A DNA stretch of 64,000 nt from a virus. Its lineage: Duplodnaviria > Caudoviricetes. The notes under the pieces are model-generated. The model searched no databases. It was given only the letters and a program-made list of their open reading frames with translations, and was not told where the DNA came from. The position numbers and the translations under genes are program-made. The stretch is from IMG/VR virus record IMGVR_UViG_3300037247_001786, positions 256,001 through 320,000 of that record. One strand, 5' to 3'. This document shows positions 56,854-64,000 of the stretch, piece by piece (the stretch's first letter is position 1; every line of letters starts with the position of its first letter).

Positions 56854-57647
56854 AGAAGATTTTAATTACAAGCGGCGGAACAAGAGAGGCAGTTGATAGC
56901 ATTCGAGTACTGACCAATATCAGTTCAGGAAAATTAGGATCAGAGATAGCAGAGACTTTTTGCGATACCAATTATCCCGAAGATATTTTAACTAAAGAAA
57001 AAATATGGGTTAAAGAGTCACCTCATGGTTCTGAAAAACATATGCTTAAAGATTTTCCAGATCCAGAGTATAAAGTTTATTATCTTCATTCTAAAACTGC
57101 TATAAAGCCTAGAGGAAAAACTATTAAGATGGAATGGAATATGCAATATCCTCTTATGTGGTCAACTAATAGCAGTACAATAGAGATGATAGAAGTTAAT
57201 TCAGTTAATGAAGTTTATGATAAGATGGAAGAACTTGTACCAGAAATGGATGTAGTCATTCATTGCATGGCAGTTAGTGACTTTACATTCAATAGGGATA
57301 ATCCAGTAAAGTTAAAGAGTAATGATGCAGATGGTTTTATAGATTATATGAGGGAAAATATCGTTAAAGCTCCTAAAATCATAACAAAAATAAAAGAGTG
57401 GAATCCAGATGTATTTTTAGTAGGATTTAAGTTTGAAGTTGGGCTGACAGAAAAAGAATTAATTTCTGTTGCAAGTGATTCTATATTAGTATATAATGGC
57501 GATATAGTTGTGGCAAATGATAAGCAACAGATGATAGAAGCTAATGAGCATGTGGCTTATATTTGCAGAAATAAAGATGATTATTATAAAGTTTCTGGAA
57601 AACCAGAAATTGCGAGAACTATATTAAAGGAAAGTACAGGTATTTAA
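56850..57647 (+). CDS. coaB: Phosphopantothenate-cysteine ligase
   Basis: ITSGGTRE.VD.IR.LTN.SSGKLG, HCMAVSDF, LVGFKFE and VVAND. Confidence 0.88.
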   Translation: MKKILITSGGTREAVDSIRVLTNISSGKLGSEIAETFCDTNYPEDILTKEKIWVKESPHGSEKHMLKDFPDPEYKVYYLHSKTAIKPRGKTIKMEWNMQYPLMWSTNSSTIEMIEVNSVNEVYDKMEELVPEMDVVIHCMAVSDFTFNRDNPVKLKSNDADGFIDYMRENIVKAPKIITKIKEWNPDVFLVGFKFEVGLTEKELISVASDSILVYNGDIVVANDKQQMIEANEHVAYICRNKDDYYKVSGKPEIARTILKESTGI

Positions 57648-57648
57648 A

Positions 57649-57951
57649 ATGATAGCTAAAGAATGGTTAACAAAAAAACTGAAGAAAGAATTAACAAAAA
57701 TAAGAGTTTATTCGGTTTTTTGGTGTACCCTTTATATCTTAACTTTTTTGTTGAAGTATATACCTCTATTAAATAGAATACATTATTTTTTCGAAAGAGC
57801 ATATATGGGTTTTGCTATGGCTTATTCAGATACAACACATGCTATTAGAGACTGCGAGGAACATCATAGAGTTATGGGCGTTAGCTCAGAAGAGATTAGT
57901 ATGTTGTATGAAAGTAGAAGTGACGAAGAAAAAATGAAGACATTTCCATAA
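57649..57951 (+). CDS. Hypothetical protein (possible TM segment)
   Basis: Tight packing. Confidence 0.6.
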   Translation: MIAKEWLTKKLKKELTKIRVYSVFWCTLYILTFLLKYIPLLNRIHYFFERAYMGFAMAYSDTTHAIRDCEEHHRVMGVSSEEISMLYESRSDEEKMKTFP

Positions 57952-57961
57952 GGTATTTAAA

Positions 57962-58180
57962 ATGATAAAAAAGATGTTAATAGTATTGGTTTGCCTATCT
58001 CTATTTGGATGTAAAAATATTTCAGATGAAGAGAAAGCAGAGCGGGAAGAAGCTTTGAAGCACTCTAATAGAAGGATCAAATTTACTTCAGAGGATGGCA
58101 CTATTGTTCTTAATATCCGCAGAAGTAGATTTCATCAAATACATATGGAAGACGGTAAAGAGCATTGGTGCTTACATTGA
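57962..58180 (+). CDS. Putative small lipoprotein
   Basis: MIKK + hydrophobic stretch + LFGC. Confidence 0.6.
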   Translation: MIKKMLIVLVCLSLFGCKNISDEEKAEREEALKHSNRRIKFTSEDGTIVLNIRRSRFHQIHMEDGKEHWCLH

Positions 58181-58356
58181 AAAAGATGTTGATATGTACT
58201 CGGTGTGAAATCGAGATGAGGTATATAAAGACTACCGGGAAAGAACCTGGAATGAGGACAGTCTTACATTTTAAGTGTCTTAAGTGCGGATCAAAATCTA
58301 TGCTTGATGCGAAATGGTATAAAAAATTATATAGAAATGGAAGAAGAGTAAAATGA
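58165..58356 (+). CDS. Small zinc-ribbon protein
   Basis: CTRC...CLKC; start uncertain. Confidence 0.55.
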   Translation: MVLTLKKMLICTRCEIEMRYIKTTGKEPGMRTVLHFKCLKCGSKSMLDAKWYKKLYRNGRRVK

Positions 58357-58493
58357 AATGTTCTAAGTGTGGGGAAACAATAAAATGCGTAGAGGCTGTA
58401 CTTAAAAATGGTACGTTCTCTTTTGTATGCCCAAAATGTAACGCAAAGAATTCATTTAAAGCGGAAGTGCAGAAAAAGGAAAATAAATTATGA
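58353..58493 (+). CDS. Small zinc-ribbon protein (46 aa; absent from the ORF track)
   Basis: MKCSKCG...CPKCN; overlaps both neighbours. Confidence 0.65.
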   Translation: MKCSKCGETIKCVEAVLKNGTFSFVCPKCNAKNSFKAEVQKKENKL

Positions 58494-59608
58494 GTAGTAG
58501 TTTAATAGTAAATGTATGCGAAGTTAAGAAAGTTTACCCACATAAAAACGCCGACCGCTTAGAGTTGGCCGAAATTAAAGGTTGGCAAACGGTCATTGGT
58601 AAAGGACAGTATAAGGTTGGGGATATTGTTATCTTTATCCCACCTGATACTTTGGTCCCAGAAGAGTTAGCCGATGAATTAGGTATCAGGAACTATCTTG
58701 GCGGAAAAGATAAGACTAGAGTAAAGACTGTTCGTCTTCGTGGCGAGATGTCCTTTGGTCTTACTATTGATATTCCAGAAGGTAAAGATTGGGAAGTTGG
58801 TTACAACTGTGCAGATGATCTTGGTATTACTAAGTACTTTCCTCCTCTTAGGGCTACTTGCGGAGATTCCGCTCCTGAAGATGCTTTCTTTACGAAATAC
58901 ACTGATATCGAAAATATCAGAAACTTCCCTGATGTTATCAAAGAGGGAGAAAGAGTTATAGCAACAGAAAAGATAGATGGAACGAATTGCCGTACTGGTA
59001 TAAGTTTTTCTATTCTTGAAGATGGAACAGAAACTTACGAGTGGAAAGCTGGTTCTCATAAGCTTAAGAGGAAACGTCCAGAAGATGGTGTTCTTAAAGA
59101 TCATATTTACTGGTACCCTTATACATTAGACAGTGTTCGCAATATGATTGAAACTATTCATAATGCTCCAGAGTTTAAAGCTAAAGAGATTACCCTTTAT
59201 GGTGAGGTATATGGCAAAACAAGAGGTGGTCATAAGTCTCTTCATTATGGAAGAGTTGGTTCTCTCAATTTCGTGGCTTTTGATATGAAGTGGGATGGAG
59301 TTTATGTCAGTTGGGATATTTTCGAAACTCTTTGTTTGGAGTATGGCGTTCCAACAGTTCCGATTGTAGCAGAGTTCGATTTTAGTTTAGAGCAAGCTAA
59401 AGCTCTATCTACTGGTCACTCTCTTCTTGCCGAGGACAATGGTATGGAAGAGCCTCATATGAGAGAAGGCATTGTTATCAAGCCTATCAATGAGAGGCGA
59501 GACCCTACTGTCGGTAGAGTTGTAGTTAAGTTTATTAATGATGATTATATTATCTTAAAGAACAAGGCTTACGATAAAGGAGAAGTCACTGATTTCACCG
59601 ATGAATAA
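58490..59608 (+). CDS. RNA ligase, DRB0094/Rnl5 family with N-terminal OB fold
   Basis: HKNADRLELA, VRLRGEMSFG, TEKIDGTN, YGEVYG, REGIVIKP and VKFIN. Confidence 0.88.
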   Translation: MSSSLIVNVCEVKKVYPHKNADRLELAEIKGWQTVIGKGQYKVGDIVIFIPPDTLVPEELADELGIRNYLGGKDKTRVKTVRLRGEMSFGLTIDIPEGKDWEVGYNCADDLGITKYFPPLRATCGDSAPEDAFFTKYTDIENIRNFPDVIKEGERVIATEKIDGTNCRTGISFSILEDGTETYEWKAGSHKLKRKRPEDGVLKDHIYWYPYTLDSVRNMIETIHNAPEFKAKEITLYGEVYGKTRGGHKSLHYGRVGSLNFVAFDMKWDGVYVSWDIFETLCLEYGVPTVPIVAEFDFSLEQAKALSTGHSLLAEDNGMEEPHMREGIVIKPINERRDPTVGRVVVKFINDDYIILKNKAYDKGEVTDFTDE

Positions 59609-60143
59609 GGAACATGTAAAATTAAGTAGGCTTCTTAGCAAAGTGTTACGTCACGCTCCAGAAAGTATTGGCATAACACTGGATGAAAATGGTTGGGTAG
59701 AGGTTCAAGAACTTCTTAAACGTATTGGCAAGCGTATCACTTTGGAAGACTTGGTCTACATTGTTGTCAATAATAACAAGAAGAGATTTGAATTCTCTAC
59801 CGACCAGAAAGAAATACGGGCTTGTCAGGGACATTCTATTGAAGTAGATTTGGAACTCAAGCCCGTATCTCCTCCTGATATTCTTTATCATGGCACATCT
59901 ATAAAAACTGTCGAGTATATTAAACGAGATGGTATCATCAAAATGAACAGGAACCATGTTCACTTGTCTTTTGATTATGACACAGCACATAATGTAGGTC
60001 AACGACATGGCAAACCCTCAATTCTTTTAGTCGATGCCAAAAAGATGCATGAACACGGTATGGAGTTTTTTACTTCTACTAATCATGTTTGGCTCACAGA
60101 TTTTGTTCCGAAAGAATATATCTTAAATATAAATTACGTTTGA
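59601..60143 (+). CDS. kptA: RNA 2'-phosphotransferase (Tpt1/KptA)
   Basis: SKVLRH, IRACQGHS, LYHGT, RNHVHLS and VWL. Confidence 0.93.
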   Translation: MNKEHVKLSRLLSKVLRHAPESIGITLDENGWVEVQELLKRIGKRITLEDLVYIVVNNNKKRFEFSTDQKEIRACQGHSIEVDLELKPVSPPDILYHGTSIKTVEYIKRDGIIKMNRNHVHLSFDYDTAHNVGQRHGKPSILLVDAKKMHEHGMEFFTSTNHVWLTDFVPKEYILNINYV

Positions 60144-60144
60144 A

Positions 60145-60168
60145 AAGTGATTGCTAATTTAGTACCAT
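60145..60168 (+). promoter_or_regulatory. Promoter motif AAGTGA-N12-TACCAT
   Basis: Directly after the kptA stop. Confidence 0.7.
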
Positions 60169-60200
60169 ATTTTTAGTAATAATATTTAAGAGGAATAAAA

Positions 60201-60518
60201 ATGGACAACATAGGCACTTTAATGACTACTTTTTCATCAGACGATTATATTGGTGGAACTTGTGTTGAGTTAGCATACTATTATGGTTATGAAGCTAGTA
60301 AATGTACTGTATGCGGTAATTTCAATGAAAGCGAATATTGTAGTGAGTGTGACGATGCAGATAGGGACTGGTGTTTTACAGTAAGAAATCTTAGCCATGA
60401 GAGGATATTCGTTAAAACTTATAGAGAACTTGGGGCGGAGAATATGTTCGATTTAAGAGATTGCTTTATAAGAGGAGTAATGAGTTATGTCGAGTCGTTA
60501 AAGGAGGGGCAAGAATGA
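60201..60518 (+). CDS. Hypothetical protein with CxxC pairs
   Basis: GAGG RBS. Confidence 0.65.
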   Translation: MDNIGTLMTTFSSDDYIGGTCVELAYYYGYEASKCTVCGNFNESEYCSECDDADRDWCFTVRNLSHERIFVKTYRELGAENMFDLRDCFIRGVMSYVESLKEGQE

Positions 60519-61228
60519 TCATACCAAATTATGATGATGGAACAGTAGATGTCCATATAGACCCGATAGATTTAGGAAAATGTAAGCAGTTGGCTAGTGT
60601 TTTTAGCAAGCTTGGACAATGGGGAGGTCTGGATACTTACGGTGGAGGCAGTGGCAATACAGTTGATGATACCAAAAGAGTTGAACGTACTGGAGCTTTG
60701 GGGGAAAGGGCTTTTAGCAAGATGACTGGTATTCCGATGAACGAGGAGTACAAAGCAAACGGCGATGCTGGTTTTGATTTTCAAGTTCCTTCTTTTTCTA
60801 TTGATGTTAAATGCCATACAAGAAATCCAAATCAAGCAGAGGAGTGGGGATATCATGGAGAGTTTTTTACGAAGGCTCATTTTAGAAATGGTTCCTATAT
60901 TCCTCCCAGAGCTGATATTCTTATTTTCAGTGCTATTGTGGCAGGAGATGCTACTACGAATAAATATGGTGATGATTGGGGCGAATTTGGGGTAAATAGT
61001 AAAATAGCAGATAATTTAATTATTAGATTTTTTGGAGCTATCAGTAGTAAGAAAGTTTTCAATAATTACCAAGAAAGATTGGGAGCTAAATTACAGAGAG
61101 GTGGACCTAATAGTCATAGTGAGTTTAAAAATTATTACATAAAAAAAGAAGAGTTGTTGCCGATGATAGATTTTCTTTTTAAATATAAAACAGAATTACT
61201 TACAGCTAAAAGTGGTGTTATTATATAA
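60515..61228 (+). CDS. Putative PD-(D/E)xK nuclease
   Basis: GALGE.AF...GDAGFDF...IDVK; AGGAGG RBS; translationally coupled to an MTase. Confidence 0.55.
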   Translation: MIIPNYDDGTVDVHIDPIDLGKCKQLASVFSKLGQWGGLDTYGGGSGNTVDDTKRVERTGALGERAFSKMTGIPMNEEYKANGDAGFDFQVPSFSIDVKCHTRNPNQAEEWGYHGEFFTKAHFRNGSYIPPRADILIFSAIVAGDATTNKYGDDWGEFGVNSKIADNLIIRFFGAISSKKVFNNYQERLGAKLQRGGPNSHSEFKNYYIKKEELLPMIDFLFKYKTELLTAKSGVII

Positions 61229-62193
61229 TGGCATGTTTCCGTTACCCAGGTGGTAAAGCAAAAGTTAAGAAAGAAATAATAGGTAGAATAGGGCGTTATT
61301 ACGATGATAATAAGTGTTACGATACTTGCCAATATGTAGAGCCCTTTTTTGGGGCTGGAGCTATAGGTATGCAGTTTATATCTTCTAGCAATATAAAAAG
61401 TGTTATGATATGTGATGCAGATCCAGCTATATCTGCTTTTTGGAACGCGGTGATTTCCGCTCCTAGTTTTCTCTGCCGAATGGTAGAGGAGTTCGAACCC
61501 TCAGTAGAGGCTTTTTTTAGATTTAAGGAACTATTAACTTCCGACGAGATGCGTACTCTCACTTTTGATTCTTCATGGAGATTTGTAGAAGTTGGTTTTG
61601 CTAAGTTAGCTTTGCATCAAATTTCATATTCGGGATTAGGGACAATGTCAGGTGGACCATTGGGAGGAGTAAATCAGGAATCCGAATATAAGATAGATTG
61701 TCGTTGGAATCCTGATAACATCAAGAAGAATATAAAAGAAGCCCATAAAGTTCTAAGTTCTGTAGATGTCTACAGGGGAGATTGTATGGAGATAGATTTC
61801 TCTTGTGCTATCGACTTACAGAAGGAATTGAGGGATTGGAAGGAGATGGGAGTGGAACCCGAATATGAGATAGAAGAACTTGATTCTAGGTTCTTCTATC
61901 TCGACCCTCCTTACTACGAAAAAGGTGGGGAGTTGTATCAATATAGTTTTAATGAAGAAGATCATAAAAGATTAATGAACATGCTAAAAGAGACAAAGCA
62001 TCCTTGGTTATTATCCTATGACAGTGCGGAGGAGATAAGGGAGCTATACGATTGGGCTTGTATCTCTGAACTGTCATTGACCTATACGATTAATGCTAAG
62101 GATAAGGGGCGGCAAAAGAAAGAATTTCTTATTGCTCCCCCAGAATATAGTTATCTGTTAGATGACTTGTACGAAAATGATATTTTTAATTAG
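61228..62193 (+). CDS. DNA adenine methyltransferase (Dam/D12-like, alpha class)
   Basis: FRYPGGK, YVEPFFGAG, FYLDPPY and WLLSYD. Confidence 0.9.
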   Translation: MACFRYPGGKAKVKKEIIGRIGRYYDDNKCYDTCQYVEPFFGAGAIGMQFISSSNIKSVMICDADPAISAFWNAVISAPSFLCRMVEEFEPSVEAFFRFKELLTSDEMRTLTFDSSWRFVEVGFAKLALHQISYSGLGTMSGGPLGGVNQESEYKIDCRWNPDNIKKNIKEAHKVLSSVDVYRGDCMEIDFSCAIDLQKELRDWKEMGVEPEYEIEELDSRFFYLDPPYYEKGGELYQYSFNEEDHKRLMNMLKETKHPWLLSYDSAEEIRELYDWACISELSLTYTINAKDKGRQKKEFLIAPPEYSYLLDDLYENDIFN

Positions 62194-62202
62194 AGGAAAA
62201 AA

Positions 62203-62544
62203 ATGAGTATTAGAGTTTTAAAATTGAAGAGTGGAGAAGAAGTAATTGCCGATTTAACTGGAGAGTCTGAAGTCGGGGGAAAATCTGTTTTACAAGAAGA
62301 GTTAATTCTTGGGAATCCCCTATCTATTCATATGATGCTGCAAGAAGATGGTATAGAAATACAGTTGCTGCCATACGCCATTTATGCCAAAAATCATAAA
62401 AACATTGTTATAAAAAAAGAGAATGTTATGTTTTGCGTAGAACCCTCTATAAGGGTTAGAAATCAATACGCAGTGATGGTGGGTATACCCGTTATTCCTG
62501 ATGATACAATTATAATTCCTGATGATACGATTATAGGTTCTTAA
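62203..62544 (+). CDS. Sm-like-fold phage protein
   Basis: IRVLKLKSGEEVIA start; ends in a 7-aa duplication (IPDDTII x2). Confidence 0.6.
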   Translation: MSIRVLKLKSGEEVIADLTGESEVGGKSVLQEELILGNPLSIHMMLQEDGIEIQLLPYAIYAKNHKNIVIKKENVMFCVEPSIRVRNQYAVMVGIPVIPDDTIIIPDDTIIGS

Positions 62545-62972
62545 TGAAAATATGGAAATATATTAAATTATGTTTTAATTACTTTAGGATCCCTAAAGGT
62601 GACTACTGTTCACAATTTAAAAGAAGAGTGGATGAGCCTGATGGTAGTTTTTATCATGAGATGAGACGATGTCCTTACTGGGATAAAATTGAAGGTAGGC
62701 ATCATCAAGAAGATGGGTATTGCCACTGGTTAGAGTGGGGAGACTATGATAAAAATAATGATGAAACTATTATTCTTGAGCAGACAGATGTTAAATCAGG
62801 TGTAACAAAAAAAATTACTGCTCCAGAATTACCTTTCGGTATCAGTCTTTTATGGGATGGAGTTAAAGAGTGTGGGTTAAGAAGATACACAGAAAGGGAT
62901 GAAAAAAAAATGTTAAAAGCTGCGAGGAGAACTAAAAATGAGTATCATAAAAGATACATGGGAAATAGTTGA
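62544..62972 (+). CDS. Hypothetical protein
   Basis: IPKGDYC...CPYW...GYC motif. Confidence 0.7.
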   Translation: MKIWKYIKLCFNYFRIPKGDYCSQFKRRVDEPDGSFYHEMRRCPYWDKIEGRHHQEDGYCHWLEWGDYDKNNDETIILEQTDVKSGVTKKITAPELPFGISLLWDGVKECGLRRYTERDEKKMLKAARRTKNEYHKRYMGNS

Positions 62973-63909
62973 TCAGTTTACAAAAGATCCTTCTTACGTT
63001 ACTATCAATAAAGAAGCTATTTCGGTTTTGTCTAAAAACATAAAAGAATATCTCCCTGCCGCGAAAGATTTTTTTATAGGTGAGCCAAGATGGATGAAAG
63101 ATATTAAATGGGATAGTTCTGCTTATAATAAAGTATATGAACTTGTCGCTTATGAATTAATATTTGATTCGGTTAACTATAATTATTGGTATGGTAAGGG
63201 GACAGTTCGACCTAATGGATCCTCTTCATATGAGATGTCTAAATTATTGGATGAATCTTTTATCGAGGCTCACTCTTTTGTAGATGCTCATGCCTTTCTC
63301 ATGGGAGAATCTACTGGACCTTCGAAAGAAATATGTTTCATAGCTGTTACTGTATTTCGTAAAAAATTAAAAAAGAATCGCTATCCTAATATCGAAAATA
63401 GGATTAAGCATCTTGCTGAAGTGCAAACAACTTTTAGTAAGGAGTTCGATTCTATTACTTGGATAGAAGAGTTAATAGAAAAAGTATTAAATGGCAAAGA
63501 GAGTATAGAAGAAACTTTAGAAATTATAACTAATCGTTACACTGGATATTCTTCTGATATGTTTTTAAAAAGAGCCTTTCTCTTTATTATTGAAATGAAT
63601 AGGAGAGTGGGTTGGTATAAGGATGAGATACATTTAGTCCCTATTCCTGCGGACTATCATATACCCAAGATGCTCGATTATCATGGGGTTTTAGATTATG
63701 CTGGTATCTTGCAGAGCAAAATCTTTAATAGAGAACTAATATCATCTGGTTCTTTACAAGAGTGCGAGATAAGGGCTTCTTCTATGAAGGCTTGTCAATT
63801 AATTGCTAAAAAAGCAAAAGTTACGATGGCTGACGTAGATACTTATTTATTTGCAAATAGGAACGTTTGCACTTGTCCTTTTCATCTAACGATAACAACG
63901 GACTATTAA
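62938..63909 (+). CDS. Queuosine-salvage protein-like (DUF2419/QNG1 family)
   Basis: FDSVNYNYW, FLKRA.L, ADYHIPKML..HGVL.Y, ECEIRA and VDTYL. Confidence 0.75.
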   Translation: MSIIKDTWEIVDQFTKDPSYVTINKEAISVLSKNIKEYLPAAKDFFIGEPRWMKDIKWDSSAYNKVYELVAYELIFDSVNYNYWYGKGTVRPNGSSSYEMSKLLDESFIEAHSFVDAHAFLMGESTGPSKEICFIAVTVFRKKLKKNRYPNIENRIKHLAEVQTTFSKEFDSITWIEELIEKVLNGKESIEETLEIITNRYTGYSSDMFLKRAFLFIIEMNRRVGWYKDEIHLVPIPADYHIPKMLDYHGVLDYAGILQSKIFNRELISSGSLQECEIRASSMKACQLIAKKAKVTMADVDTYLFANRNVCTCPFHLTITTDY

Positions 63910-64000
63910 GGGGATGCTACAGGCTTTACAATAAGATAATATTTAAATCCTATTCTACCTATAGTTATTGGTACTCCACCAAGACTTATATATTTAAGGT

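Noticed and set aside
35195-59104. Long antisense ORFs (for example 35195-35686, 24123-24530, 58679-59104)
   Set aside because: Shadows of well-supported + strand genes, with no motifs or RBS
62494-62535. 21-nt tandem duplication
   Set aside because: A simple in-frame slippage at a protein C-terminus; no wider pattern

Overview
AT-rich (roughly 30% GC by eye), very gene-dense window with almost all genes on the + strand. There are no ribosomal-protein, rRNA or tRNA genes and no recognisable capsid, portal or large-terminase genes. The content fits the replication, nucleotide-metabolism and accessory region of a large (jumbo/huge) tailed phage; this is an inference, and a GC-rich fibronectin-III-like module hints at a Planctomycetota host. 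Recognisable genes: dNMP kinase, DnaX, SigH-like sigma factor, DnaN, HolA-like, RuvC-like resolvase, CCA-adding enzyme, a LVIVD-repeat surface protein, C39-like peptidase, PAS histidine kinase plus two receiver proteins, ThyA, two RNA ligases, two PNK-like kinases, HAD phosphatases, thioredoxin, SSB, five DNA methyltransferases (one split over two ORFs), ADP-ribosylglycohydrolase, dCMP deaminase, Nudix, OGFr-like, CoaC and CoaB, ATP-grasp, M23 peptidase, KptA/Tpt1 and a DUF2419 queuosine-salvage protein. One clear tmRNA lies at 42915-43263. The best candidates for undescribed biology are non-coding. (1) A ~405-nt, two-domain, highly base-paired RNA with its own promoter just upstream of the tmRNA. 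(2) A recurrent AAGTGA-N12-TAnnAT promoter, seen 12 times. (3) Two hairpins that bury the ribosome-binding sites of the sigma and resolvase genes and share a GTCGATA core. (4) A pair of covarying CGUAGA-loop hairpins in a 5' leader. All family assignments are from motif recognition by eye; no database search was run.
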